64,000 nucleotides of DNA from an uncultured bacterium (GCA_963813815.1 CAWFAD010000016.1:160001-224000), one strand, 5' to 3'. Positions 45,279 through 55,258 are shown, numbered from the stretch's first letter. Translations and numbers: made by a program. The notes: generated by a model from the letters alone, not told the origin.

Positions 45279-45992
45279 ATGCATCGCTCCGGCGCGTCCC
45301 GCGCGAGGCGCGCGGCCGCCGCGGCCGTCCGCCGTCTGCACCCCGCGCGCGTCGCGGGCGACATCCGCCGGGGGGCGGTTTTTCGCGGCGCCATGGAGGA
45401 GTATCTCGGCCTCCCCGCGGGCGCCGACGCCGCCCCGGAGCTGCTCGAGCGTCTCGTCTACGGCTGGGGAAACGAGATCATGTCGGCGATGCCCGAGTAT
45501 CTCGACGCGAGCGTCAGGGCCATGCGCGGGACGAAGGGGCCGGTGCTCGAATGCGGCTCGGGTCTATCGACGATCCTGCTCGGCGCTCTCGCGGAGCGAA
45601 GCGGCGCGCGCCTCTGCTCGCTCGAGCACGATCGGGGATGGGCCGCGCGCGTGCGGAGGGCGCTCCGGCGCTACCGCCTGCGCGGCGTCGAGGTCTTCCA
45701 CGCGCCGCTTCGCGATTACGGGGCGTTCACGTGGTACGACGCGCCGCTCGACCGCCTTCCCGGTGAATTCTCCCTCGTCGTGTGCGACGGCCCGCCGGGC
45801 GACACGCCCGGCGGACGCTACGGGCTGCTTCCCGTTTTGCGCGAACGTCTGCGGCCCGGATGCGTGATCCTGCTCGACGACCTGCACCGGCCGGCGGAAC
45901 GGGACATCGCCTCCCGGTGGGCGCGCGAGCTCGGAGTGATCCACGAGGTGCGCGGCGCGGCCAAACCCTACGCGGTCATCGTCGCGCCCTGA
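45279..45992 (+). CDS. Class I SAM-dependent methyltransferase
   Basis: VLECGSGLST, SLEHD, VCDGPP, ILLDD. Confidence 0.75.
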   Translation: MHRSGASRARRAAAAAVRRLHPARVAGDIRRGAVFRGAMEEYLGLPAGADAAPELLERLVYGWGNEIMSAMPEYLDASVRAMRGTKGPVLECGSGLSTILLGALAERSGARLCSLEHDRGWAARVRRALRRYRLRGVEVFHAPLRDYGAFTWYDAPLDRLPGEFSLVVCDGPPGDTPGGRYGLLPVLRERLRPGCVILLDDLHRPAERDIASRWARELGVIHEVRGAAKPYAVIVAP

Positions 45993-46004
45993 TCCGGCGG
46001 AGCC

Positions 46005-46403
46005 ATGAAGATCGTGACGGCGGCAATCATCGTTTCGCGCGGCATGGTGCTCATCGCGCGGCGCAGGCGCGGCGATTCGATGGGGGGATTCTGGGAGTTT
46101 CCCGGCGGCTCCCTCGAGGATGGGGAGACCCTGCAGGGGTGTCTCGAGCGCGAGCTCGTCGAGGAGCTCGGAGTCGAGGCTGTCGCCGGGGAGGTCGTCG
46201 CCGAGAGCAGCCACTGCGGCGAGGAGGGCGCGCTGAGGCTCGTCGCGCTCCGCGCCACGATCGTCTCCGGCGATCCGATCCCCGCGGCTCATGACGCGAT
46301 AGCCTGGGTGAGGCCTCGGGATCTCCCGCGCTACCGGCTCGCGCCGGCGGACGTTCCGATCGCCGAGGCCATCGCGAGAAAAAAGGACGTGCTCCGCGAA
46401 TGA
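46005..46403 (+). CDS. NUDIX (MutT/NudG-like) pyrophosphohydrolase
   Basis: WEFPGG..E.GET...CLERELVEELG Nudix box. Confidence 0.9.
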   Translation: MKIVTAAIIVSRGMVLIARRRRGDSMGGFWEFPGGSLEDGETLQGCLERELVEELGVEAVAGEVVAESSHCGEEGALRLVALRATIVSGDPIPAAHDAIAWVRPRDLPRYRLAPADVPIAEAIARKKDVLRE

Positions 46404-47590
46404 AAGCGATCGTCATCAAACGCGGCCGCGAGAAATCTCTCCTGCGCCGGCATCCGTGGATTTTCGACGGGGCGGTCGCCGGGGTCGAGGGAAATCCCGG
46501 AACGGGCGATACGGTCGACGTGCTGCTCGGCGGGGGCGAGCGCGCGGCTCGGGCGGCGTATTCGCCCGCGTCGCAGATCGTCGCCCGCGTATGGAGCTTC
46601 GATCCGGGCGAGGAGATCGCGGCGGATTTTTTCCGCGACCGCCTCTCCCGTGCGTTCGGGCTGCGCGGCCCGCTCGCCCGGTGCGACGATCCGGGAGCGG
46701 CGCGGCTCGTGAACGCCGAGTCGGACCATCTCCCCGGCGTCATCGTGGATCGCTACGGGCGCTGGCTCGTCGTCCAGTTCCTCGCCGCGGGAGGCGAACG
46801 ATGGCGCGAAACGATCGTCGCGGAGCTCGAGCGGATCCTCTCGCCCGCCGGGATCTTCGAGCGCTCGGACGTCGACGTGCGCGAGAAGGAGGGTCTCGAG
46901 CGACGGTGCGGCCTCCTCGCCGGCGCCGAGCCGCCGGAGCTCGTCGAGATCGTCGAGGACGGCCGGCGTTTTCTCGTCGACGTCCGCGGCGGCCACAAGA
47001 CGGGCTTTTATCTCGATCAGCGCGATAACCGCTCCGCGGTCGCCGCCTACGCGCGGGGCGCCGAGGCGCTCAACTGCTTTTCGTACACGGGAGGATTCGG
47101 CGTGGCGGCGCTCGCGGCCGGGGCCGCGCGGGTGACCAATATCGACTCCTCCGCTCCGGCCCTCGCCCTCTCGCGGCGCATCGCCGATCTCAACGGAATC
47201 GAGGAGCATCGCGTCGAGCACGTCGAGGGCGACGTGTTCGTCGTTCTTCGCCGCTATCGCGACGAGCGGCGCTCGTTCGATCTCGTCGTTCTCGATCCGC
47301 CGAAGTTCGCCGAATCGCGAAGCCAGCTTCCGCGCGCGAGCCGCGGCTACAAGGACATCAACCTGCTCGCCCTGAAGCTGCTGCGGCCGGGAGGCGCGCT
47401 CTTCACCTTCTCCTGCTCGGGGCTCATGACGAGCGAGCTCTTTCAGAAAATCGTCGCCGACGCGGCGCTCGACGCGGGGCGCGACGCGCGGATCGTCCGG
47501 CGGCTCTCTCAATCCGCGGATCATCCGGTCGCCCTTCCGTTCCCCGAGGGGGCGTATCTCAAGGGGCTCGTCTGCGTGGTCGCGCGCTGA
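46400..47590 (+). CDS. RlmI-like rRNA m5C methyltransferase
   Basis: RRHPWIF, GHKTGFYLDQRDNR, LNCFSYTGGF, VLDPPKF, TFSCS. Confidence 0.9.
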   Translation: MKAIVIKRGREKSLLRRHPWIFDGAVAGVEGNPGTGDTVDVLLGGGERAARAAYSPASQIVARVWSFDPGEEIAADFFRDRLSRAFGLRGPLARCDDPGAARLVNAESDHLPGVIVDRYGRWLVVQFLAAGGERWRETIVAELERILSPAGIFERSDVDVREKEGLERRCGLLAGAEPPELVEIVEDGRRFLVDVRGGHKTGFYLDQRDNRSAVAAYARGAEALNCFSYTGGFGVAALAAGAARVTNIDSSAPALALSRRIADLNGIEEHRVEHVEGDVFVVLRRYRDERRSFDLVVLDPPKFAESRSQLPRASRGYKDINLLALKLLRPGGALFTFSCSGLMTSELFQKIVADAALDAGRDARIVRRLSQSADHPVALPFPEGAYLKGLVCVVAR

Positions 47591-47717
47591 CCGCCGGCCG
47601 GGGGAGGATCTCCCGGCGGCGCCCCGCCCGCCCGTCCGGCCCCGCCGGTTTTCCGTCGAAACCGGGCACCTTCGCGGGCCGCCGGTGTACCACCGGATAA
47701 CAGGAGGCCGGGCGGCC

Positions 47718-47795
47718 GTGAGAAGCTTTGTCGTATCGTTCTTCGGCATTCTCTTTCTGCTCCTTTTGATCGCGGTTCTCTGCAGGGCGGGCTAG
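47718..47795 (+). CDS. Putative 25-aa single-TM peptide (not in ORF track)
   Basis: AGGAGG at 47702 then GTG; (M)RSFVVSFFGILFLLLLIAVLCRAG. Confidence 0.45.
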   Translation: MRSFVVSFFGILFLLLLIAVLCRAG

Positions 47796-47952
47796 GAGCC
47801 CCCGCGGCGAAACCGGTTGCCCCGCCCGCCGCGGGCGTCTATACTGCCGGGGTCGCCGGCGCGGGGCGTTCCGCCTCGCGCCGTTCGAGGCTTCCCGGCC
47901 GATTCCATGAGCATAGCTGTTTCGAAGATCGTATCCCGTGGAGGAGGTTCGT

Positions 47953-49881
47953 ATGCGCCGGTTCTGCATGGTCGTTCTCGCCGCCGCTCTCGTTCTCGCC
48001 CTCGTCCGGCCCGCGACGCCCCGCGCCGCGGAGCGGCGCGAGGGGATTCCGGATTACTCGCTCACGCCGCGCTCGGAGGTTCCCGCCGAATGCACGTGGC
48101 GCTGCGAGGATCTCTATCCGACCTTCGAGGCGTGGGAGCGCGATCGCGCGGCCCTCGAGGATCTCGTGTCGGGCATCGACGAGGCGGCCAAGGACTGGAC
48201 GGCGACCCCGCAGAGGATGCTCGCGCTCTACGAGCTCCGGGACGCGATCCATATGAAAGCCTCGAGGCTCTTCCGCTACGTGCTGCTCCAGAGCGACGTC
48301 GATCTCGCGAACTCGAGGTTTCAGGCCCTCCGCGGAGAGCTGCAGGCGTCGTTCGTGCAGATCGGGAGCAAGTTCTCGTTCCTCGCGCCCGGCCTGCTCG
48401 AGATGGACGAGAAGACGATCGAGGGGTATCTCGCCTCTGAGAAGGGGCTCGCGCCGTACCGCTTTTCGATTCGGGAGACGCTCCGCGGCCGCGCGCACAT
48501 CCTTCCCGAGGAGCAGGAGCGGATCATGACGATGACGGGGCTCTTCGGCGGCGCGCCGTCGCGGGCGGCGAACTTCCTCAACGACGTCGACATCCCGCAT
48601 CCCGCGGCGACCTTCTCGGACGGCGAGACGGTGCCGCTCAACTACGCGAACTACGCCCGCTACCGGGCGTCGAACAATGCCGCCGACCGGACGCTGGCCA
48701 TGCGGACCTTCTGGGCGAATCGCGCGCGCTACGAGAACACCCACGCCGCGCTCCTCGACGGCGAGATGAAGCGGCACCTCTTCGACGCGCGCGTCCGCGG
48801 CTTCGAGGACTGTCTCTCGGCGAGCCTCTTCGAGAACGACATCGATCCCGCCGTGTACCGCAGCCTCATCGCCTCGGTCAGGGCGAAGCTTCCGGTCTTT
48901 TTCCGCTACATGAAGCTCAAGGGCGAGCTCATGGGGCTCGCCGACACGATGCGCTACGAGGACATCTACGGATCGGCGGTGCCCTCGATCGAACGGGCGT
49001 ACACCTACGAGGAAGCGCAGAAGATTCTCCTCGGCGCGCTCGAGCCGCTCGGCGAGGAATACGGGGCCGCACTCCGCAAGGCGTTTGCCGACCGCTGGAT
49101 CGACGTCTACCCGAACAAGAACAAGCAGTCCGGCGCGTACTCCGGGGACGTCTACGGCGTTCACCCGTACGTCAAGATGAACTACGACGGGAAATACGAC
49201 GCCGTTTCGACGCTCGCGCACGAGCTCGGTCACGCCGTGCATTCGACCCTCGCGGACGGGACGCAGCCCTTCGCGACCGCCGATTACCCGCTCTTCCTCG
49301 CCGAGATCGCGTCCACCTTCAACGAAACGCTGCTGCTCAAGTACATGCTGAAGCACGAAAAGGACGATCTCTTCAAGCTCTGGCTCATCGATCAGTATCT
49401 CGTGCAGGTGCGCTCGACCATATTCCGGCAGACGATGTTCGCCGAGTACGAGCTCGCGATGCATCGCCGCGTGGAGGAGGACAAGACCCTCACGCCGGAC
49501 TGGCTCAACGAGACGTACCTCGACCTCACGAGGACGTACTACGGCCACGATCAGGGAGTCGCGCGCGTCGACGACTACATCCGGAACGAGTGGAGCGCGA
49601 TTCCGCACTTCTACCGGTACTACTACGTGTACCAGTACAGCACGGGCATGATCGCCTCGATGGCTCTCGTGGATCAGGCGCTCGGCGGCAAGGCCGGCGT
49701 CGAGAGGTATCTCTCGTTCCTCAGGTCCGGCGGGAGCGACTCTCCGCTCGCGCTCCTCGAAAAGGCGGGCGTCGACATGACGACCGCCGCGCCGACGGAG
49801 GCCGCCATGCGGACCGTCGAGGGCCTCGTCTCCGAAATGGAGAGGATCGTCGCGCGGCTTCGGGCGCAGAAAAAGATCTAG
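47953..49881 (+). CDS. Oligoendopeptidase F (M3B) with signal peptide
   Basis: WIDVYPN..KQSGAYS, TLAHELGHAVH, AEIASTFNE, IPHFY..YYVYQY. Confidence 0.92.
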   Translation: MRRFCMVVLAAALVLALVRPATPRAAERREGIPDYSLTPRSEVPAECTWRCEDLYPTFEAWERDRAALEDLVSGIDEAAKDWTATPQRMLALYELRDAIHMKASRLFRYVLLQSDVDLANSRFQALRGELQASFVQIGSKFSFLAPGLLEMDEKTIEGYLASEKGLAPYRFSIRETLRGRAHILPEEQERIMTMTGLFGGAPSRAANFLNDVDIPHPAATFSDGETVPLNYANYARYRASNNAADRTLAMRTFWANRARYENTHAALLDGEMKRHLFDARVRGFEDCLSASLFENDIDPAVYRSLIASVRAKLPVFFRYMKLKGELMGLADTMRYEDIYGSAVPSIERAYTYEEAQKILLGALEPLGEEYGAALRKAFADRWIDVYPNKNKQSGAYSGDVYGVHPYVKMNYDGKYDAVSTLAHELGHAVHSTLADGTQPFATADYPLFLAEIASTFNETLLLKYMLKHEKDDLFKLWLIDQYLVQVRSTIFRQTMFAEYELAMHRRVEEDKTLTPDWLNETYLDLTRTYYGHDQGVARVDDYIRNEWSAIPHFYRYYYVYQYSTGMIASMALVDQALGGKAGVERYLSFLRSGGSDSPLALLEKAGVDMTTAAPTEAAMRTVEGLVSEMERIVARLRAQKKI

Positions 49882-50060
49882 CGGGGCTCGCCGTGCGGCG
49901 GCTTCGAACCGCCGCACGGCCTGCCGGCCTTCTTCGCGGCGGCGGCCAGCAGAAATTCGATCTGGGCGTTGACGCTCCGGAGGTCGTCCGCGGCCCATTT
50001 CTCGAGCGCCTCGAAGAGCGCCGCGTCGACGCGGAGCAGAAATTTCTTTTTCTCGCTCAT
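49878..50060 (-). CDS. Arc/RHH-family DNA-binding protein
   Basis: KKKFLLRVD......EKWAADDLRSVNAQIEFLL. Confidence 0.85.
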   Translation of the reverse strand: MSEKKKFLLRVDAALFEALEKWAADDLRSVNAQIEFLLAAAAKKAGRPCGGSKPPHGEPR

Positions 50061-50080
50061 GATCCCTTCGTGCCGCCGCC

Positions 50081-50956
50081 TCACTGGTAGAGCGTGCCGG
50101 TGTTGATGACCGGAGACACCTCTCTATCGGAAACGAGCGCGACCATGAGGTTGTTGACCATCGTGGCGCGTTTGTCGTTGTCGAGCTCGATGATATTCTG
50201 CTCGCTGAGCTGCCGGAGCGCCATCTCGACCATGCCGACCGCGCCCTCGACGATCTTCTGGCGGGCCGCTATGATCGCCTGCGCCTGCTGGCGCCGGAGC
50301 ATCGCCTGCGCTATCTCGGGCGAATAGGCGAGGTGACTGATGCGCGATTCGATAACGCTGACGCCGGCGATCTCGAGCCTCGTCTGCACGGTGCGCTTCA
50401 GCATCTCGGAGATCTCCTGCTGGCTTCCCCGCAGGGAGGTCTCGTCGTCGCGCTGCGTATCGTACGGGTACTCGGAGGCGAGCGCGCGTATCGCCGTTTC
50501 GCTCTGAATGTCGACGAACTGCGCGTAGTTCTCGACGTCGAACAGCGCGCGGGACGTGTCGACGACCTGCCAGACGATGACCGCGCCGATCTCGATCGGG
50601 TTCCCGTGGAGATCGTTCACCTTTATCTTCTCGCTGTTGAAGTTGCGGATGCGAAGGCTCAGGTGGCGCTTCGTGACGAGGGGATTGACCCACCAGAATC
50701 CCGATTCCCGGATCGATCCCGCGTAGCTCCCGAAGAGGACGAGAACCCGCGCCTCGTTCGGCTGCACCACGGTGAGGCCGGCGCCGAAGATCACCGTAAA
50801 GAGGGTGAAGGGAACGAAGAACCAGAGAACGTTCGTGTTGTTGGCGACGATCCCCGCGCGGAGCGCGTAGATGTCGATCGCGATAAAGGCGACGAGCAGA
50901 AAGAACCCGAGAAATCCGCTCATTCGCCAGGCCCTGCGTTCGGTAACGGTCTGCAT
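50081..50956 (-). CDS. SPFH/band 7 domain membrane protein
   Basis: [48 protein letters not shown] before ATG 50956. Confidence 0.92.
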   Translation of the reverse strand: MQTVTERRAWRMSGFLGFFLLVAFIAIDIYALRAGIVANNTNVLWFFVPFTLFTVIFGAGLTVVQPNEARVLVLFGSYAGSIRESGFWWVNPLVTKRHLSLRIRNFNSEKIKVNDLHGNPIEIGAVIVWQVVDTSRALFDVENYAQFVDIQSETAIRALASEYPYDTQRDDETSLRGSQQEISEMLKRTVQTRLEIAGVSVIESRISHLAYSPEIAQAMLRRQQAQAIIAARQKIVEGAVGMVEMALRQLSEQNIIELDNDKRATMVNNLMVALVSDREVSPVINTGTLYQ

Positions 50957-50987
50957 GAGCACCTCCTGCTTCAGGTCTGATAGCAAT

Positions 50988-51016
50988 ATGATATCGTAAT
51001 GATATCATTCTGTCAA
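50988..51016 (-). promoter_or_regulatory. Promoter of SPFH-Arc operon with tandem palindromic operator
   Basis: TTGACA-17 bp-TATCAT on minus strand; ATGATATCGT (50988) and ATGATATCAT (50999). Confidence 0.75.
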
Positions 51017-51100
51017 GCGAAATATCCCCCCTCGTCGTCGTCGTCGGATGTTGTATAGTCGTAGCCTTCCGCGGCGACGCCGCGGGGGAAAGGAAGGGGC

Positions 51101-52555
51101 ATGAAAAAAAGAACGATCGTGGCCGCGGCGTTCGCGGCGGTTTTTGCGACGGCGGCGGGAGCGGAGCAGGTGCCGGAGAATATACGCGCCGCGTACGAAT
51201 CGATCCGTCCGATGGATCCCTACGAGCTCTGCCGGATCATGAGCTCGCCGCGCTTCGAAGGCCGGCTCACGGGGCACGAGGGGTATACGGAGGCGGCGAG
51301 ATGGGCGGCGGGGCTCTTCGAGCGGTGGGGGCTCGAGCCCCGCGATCCGAAGGAAGGGCATCTGCAGCCCTATCCCTCTCCCTATACGATCGTCGACGAG
51401 GCGGAGCTCGTGCTCATCCTCGAGCGCCCCGGAGAGGCGCCCCGCGAGCGCCGGTGCGAGCTCGCGAAGGAATTCCTGCCGCTCCTCTACACGGCGAGCG
51501 GCGACCACACGGCCGGCATCGTGTTCGCGGGCTGGGGCATCTCGGCGCCGGAGCTCGGGTATGACGACTACGCTGAAGTCGACGTGCGGGGAAAATTCGT
51601 TCTCTGCTTCCGCGGCACGCCCGATCGCGAGAACAAGGCCTTCGTCGACTACGACCACCACCGCCGCCGCATGCAAACGGCCCGCGAGAAAGGCGCTCTC
51701 GGCATCATCTATATCTATCCCGAGGTGAACGCTCATCCGAACGCCGACTGGCACGACGGGTTCGCCGGCGCGATGCTGAGCGACGGAGCCGCCGACACGC
51801 TCCTCGCCGGCGAGGGGCTCACATCAAAGGCTCTCAGGAGCTCGCTCGAGGAAGAGAAGCGTCCGCGCTCGTTCGCCCTCTCGTCGCGCGCGCGCTACCG
51901 GGCGGCCTCGCGGCATTTTCCGGACGGCGAGGGGTACAACGTGGTCGCCTGGATCGAGGGCTCCGATCCGAAACTCAGAGGCGAGTGCGTCGTCGTGGGA
52001 GGCCACTACGACCACTGCGGGCGGCACGCCGGGCTTCTCTTCCCCGGCGCGAACGACAACGCGAGCGGGTCGGCCGTGGTGATGGAGATCGCCGAGGCGT
52101 TCTCGCTGCTCGAGAAGCGGCCGAAGCGCTCGGTCGTTTTCGTACTCTTCGGCGGGGAGGAGCAGGGGCTCCTCGGCTCGACCTGGTTCGCCGAGCACCT
52201 GCCGCCGCGATTTACGAAGGTCGACGCGATGTTCAATTTCGACATGAACGGGGAGGGGGAGGGGACGAGCTTCGGCTGCACCGTCGAGCCGCCGGAGTTC
52301 CTCGAAACGATCGAGAACGCCGACCGATACGTGAAAACGCTGCGGCGGAACTGGCCCATCAAGGAGGTCGGCGTGCGATCCTCCGACTACGCGCCGTTCT
52401 TCCAGCAGGGGGCCTCGTGCGCGGCGTTCTTCTCGAACGGCCCCCATCTTCACTATCACGAGACGGGGGACACGATCTACCGGATCAACCCCGATATCCT
52501 CGCCGACATCGCGCGGATAGGATTCCTCGGCGCCCACGCGTGGGCCGACCGGTAG
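51101..52555 (+). CDS. M28-family aminopeptidase with PA domain
   Basis: GGHYDH, GANDNASG, GEEQGLLGS, SDY..F, YH..GD. Confidence 0.92.
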   Translation: MKKRTIVAAAFAAVFATAAGAEQVPENIRAAYESIRPMDPYELCRIMSSPRFEGRLTGHEGYTEAARWAAGLFERWGLEPRDPKEGHLQPYPSPYTIVDEAELVLILERPGEAPRERRCELAKEFLPLLYTASGDHTAGIVFAGWGISAPELGYDDYAEVDVRGKFVLCFRGTPDRENKAFVDYDHHRRRMQTAREKGALGIIYIYPEVNAHPNADWHDGFAGAMLSDGAADTLLAGEGLTSKALRSSLEEEKRPRSFALSSRARYRAASRHFPDGEGYNVVAWIEGSDPKLRGECVVVGGHYDHCGRHAGLLFPGANDNASGSAVVMEIAEAFSLLEKRPKRSVVFVLFGGEEQGLLGSTWFAEHLPPRFTKVDAMFNFDMNGEGEGTSFGCTVEPPEFLETIENADRYVKTLRRNWPIKEVGVRSSDYAPFFQQGASCAAFFSNGPHLHYHETGDTIYRINPDILADIARIGFLGAHAWADR

Positions 52556-52562
52556 GCGCGGG

Positions 52563-53360
52563 CTACCGCTTCTCCTCCGCCTTCGCCGGCGGCATGAGCT
52601 CCTTCACGTCCGCGGGCAGCGCCCAGACGCTGTCGGGGATCGCGGCGTTCTGCTCGATGCCCGAGACGGTGATCACGCGCTCCTGCCCCATGATGGTCAT
52701 CGTCGATTTGTAGGACTGCAGGATATCGCCGAGGGGGCGGTAGTCGGAGATATAGGAAACGATGGGAATGTCTCCCATCTGCGTCGAGGCCGTGCTGAGC
52801 GTTTTCACGAGGAGCCCCGAGCCGACGTCGAACACGAACGTGCGGAGCTTGCCGGCCTTCGGTTTCAGGACGACCTTGTAGCCCGCTTTCCCCTCGACGG
52901 TGTCGAGGCCCGAGACGGCGACCGAATCGTAGATGCTCCTCCAGTACGTGAGTCCCTCGAACCGCGCGTCGAGCAGCGCCTCGGCGAGCTCCTCGCCCTC
53001 GAGGATCCTCGCTCCCTGCATGGTCGATTTTTCCCAGAAGGTCGTGCCGTCCGTGCCCCGCTCGATCTTTCCGATCATGGGCGATTCGGCGAGCGAGTAG
53101 AACCGGTTCGGCCGCGCCGCGTACGCCGTGATGTCGATCGTGACCCCCATGGCCGGGATCGCGAGCGACGCCTTCGTGGCGGTCGAGTGGAGCTTGTCGA
53201 ACGCCTTCACGCCGCCGATCGCCTCGACGTAGCGGTCGAGCACCTTCTCGGCCTCGGGCAGCTCGCCGGCCGTCCCGGCGGGCGCGAACGCGAAGATCGC
53301 GCAAACGAGCGCCGCCGCGAGGGCGATGAACGAGGACGCTCTGATGCGATGGGTGAACAT
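52563..53360 (-). CDS. Secreted hypothetical protein (lipoprotein-sorting-like fold)
   Basis: Signal peptide; VLDRYVEAIGG, SDYR. Confidence 0.7.
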   Translation of the reverse strand: MFTHRIRASSFIALAAALVCAIFAFAPAGTAGELPEAEKVLDRYVEAIGGVKAFDKLHSTATKASLAIPAMGVTIDITAYAARPNRFYSLAESPMIGKIERGTDGTTFWEKSTMQGARILEGEELAEALLDARFEGLTYWRSIYDSVAVSGLDTVEGKAGYKVVLKPKAGKLRTFVFDVGSGLLVKTLSTASTQMGDIPIVSYISDYRPLGDILQSYKSTMTIMGQERVITVSGIEQNAAIPDSVWALPADVKELMPPAKAEEKR

Positions 53361-53399
53361 GAAATCTGCACCTCCATGATTGAACGGTCGAAACGGGAG

Positions 53400-54725
53400 C
53401 TACTTGCCACCGTTATACTCTTGGCTCTCGATCCAGTCAATCGCCGCTTCGAGCTGCGGGTCGCGTCCGGCGATCAGCGCCTCCCGCGTGAGAGGGACGA
53501 TCACGTCCGGAACGACGCCCTTGCCCTCGAGCTCCGTCCCGTCGCGGGTGATGTAGGAAGCGATCGCGTACTGAAATCCGTCGCCGTTCAGCAGGCGCTC
53601 GGCCATCGACGGCAGCGTGGCGCCCACCGTGCGCGAGCCGATGATCCGGACCCGCGGATACCCCTGAACGCCTCCCGCGAAGATCTCAGCCGACGAGCCC
53701 GAGAGGCCGTCGACGAGGATCGCGACCGGGCCGCGATAGGGCCTGGCCTGGGGATTGACCACGAAGCGAAGGGTGTTGTCCCTCGTGCGCATCGTTCCGA
53801 TGTCCCGGTTTTTCTCGTCGATGAACCAGCCCGCCATGCCGATCGGTATGGCGCCGATGCCTCCCGGGTTGCCGCGGATGTCGATGACGACGCCGGGGGC
53901 GTCGATGAAAGATTTCATCGCGGCGCTGTAAGCCGGCATGAGCGTCAGCGGATCGAAGAAGACGCTGAACCAGAAATAGCCGATGCCGCCTCTGAGCGTG
54001 TCGGTCTCGGTGCGCAGGTAGAACGGCGGGAAGTTGCCGAAAACGATGCGCTTCCCGGGCTCCTCGGCGAGCACGAGGGTCTTCTCGACCGGACGATCGC
54101 GCTCGTCGAGGAAGGACACGCGTATCGTATCGCCGATGGCTCCCGCCAATCTCCCCAGAACGGAGCGCATGAGGTAGAGATCCCGGCGGGTGTTCGACGC
54201 GAATTCCTCCTCGATCGCGGGAAAGAGCGCGGGGATGTCCGTATCGTTCACGCGCCGCACGATCCAGCCGGGACGTACGCCCGCTTCCCCGCCGGGGGTC
54301 CCCGGCGGCGCCTTTACGACGACCGCTTCTCCGTCCATGACGCGCACGCTGAGGCCGGTCGAGCCTCCGAGGTCGCCCTTCTTCCTCGGAGCGTCGATGT
54401 TGGCGTACGCCTCCTCGGCGATGATGTTGAAATGACTCTGGCGGAGCCTTCCGATCATCTCGCGCATGGCGGCGCGGGCCTCCCGCGTCGTTTCGGCCCG
54501 CTCGACCTTCGGACGAAACTCGTCGTGAACGGCCTGCCAGTCGAGCCCGCCGAGCGTCGGGTCGAAATGGCGGTCGCGGATCGTCCGCCAGACGTACTCG
54601 AACGACTCGAGATTTTTCGCGGCCTGCCCGGCGTCGAGCTCCGCCCGGACCGGCGGCGGGCCAGCCGCCAACGCGGCTGCGACGGCCGCCGCGCACATGC
54701 AGACGAGATGCAGACGCATGTTCAT
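53400..54725 (-). CDS. S41-family (C-terminal processing) peptidase with PDZ domain
   Basis: IDIRGNPGG, SGSSAEIFAG, LEGKGVVPD; GGAGG RBS. Confidence 0.9.
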   Translation of the reverse strand: MNMRLHLVCMCAAAVAAALAAGPPPVRAELDAGQAAKNLESFEYVWRTIRDRHFDPTLGGLDWQAVHDEFRPKVERAETTREARAAMREMIGRLRQSHFNIIAEEAYANIDAPRKKGDLGGSTGLSVRVMDGEAVVVKAPPGTPGGEAGVRPGWIVRRVNDTDIPALFPAIEEEFASNTRRDLYLMRSVLGRLAGAIGDTIRVSFLDERDRPVEKTLVLAEEPGKRIVFGNFPPFYLRTETDTLRGGIGYFWFSVFFDPLTLMPAYSAAMKSFIDAPGVVIDIRGNPGGIGAIPIGMAGWFIDEKNRDIGTMRTRDNTLRFVVNPQARPYRGPVAILVDGLSGSSAEIFAGGVQGYPRVRIIGSRTVGATLPSMAERLLNGDGFQYAIASYITRDGTELEGKGVVPDVIVPLTREALIAGRDPQLEAAIDWIESQEYNGGK

Positions 54726-54854
54726 CGTTCCTCCCGTTCGTCGTGAGCGAAGAGCAATTGATATCATTAAATACCCCCGAGCGTCAAGTTCGTTCCCGCG
54801 GATTGGCCGCATAACATATTGAACGTAATAAAGATAACTAACGAACCTGATTAT

Positions 54855-54885
54855 TGTTGCAGTGCTGTGCAACATACAGTATAAT
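54855..54885 (+). promoter_or_regulatory. PadR operon promoter with overlapping inverted repeat
   Basis: TTGCAG-17 bp-TATAAT; TGTTGCA-N6-TGCAACA (54855-54874). Confidence 0.75.
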
Positions 54886-54919
54886 ATCGTCGTACAGTAT
54901 CCAGAAAGGGATGTATCGC

Positions 54920-55258
54920 ATGGCCGACGATATCAAGGCGTTCGAAACCGAGCTGAACCGGGGATTTCTGCAGATTCTCGTTCTCGTTGCGCTCGAGCGG
55001 AGGATGTACGGGTACCGGATGGTCAAGCACCTCGAGGAGACGGGATATGCCGTCGAGGAGAACACGCTCTATCCGCTCCTTCGCCGGCTCGAGAAGAACG
55101 GCTGGATCGCGGGCGAGTGGGACGTGAGCGAGGAGAGACCGAGGAAATTTTACGTGGTGACCGAAAGGGGGCGCGCCGTGCGGGAGCAGGCGCTCTCCGT
55201 CTGGTCGCGGCAGAGCGAGATTCTCAAACGGATCGAGAAGGGCGGAAATCATGTCTGA
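54920..55258 (+). CDS. PadR-family transcriptional regulator
   Basis: YGY, TLYPLLRRLE..G, RPRKFY..T..G. Confidence 0.92.
   Translation: MADDIKAFETELNRGFLQILVLVALERRMYGYRMVKHLEETGYAVEENTLYPLLRRLEKNGWIAGEWDVSEERPRKFYVVTERGRAVREQALSVWSRQSEILKRIEKGGNHV

Noticed and set aside
54804..54831. Chromosomal dif site
   Set aside because: Only the CGCATAA part of the XerC arm matches; the XerD arm does not
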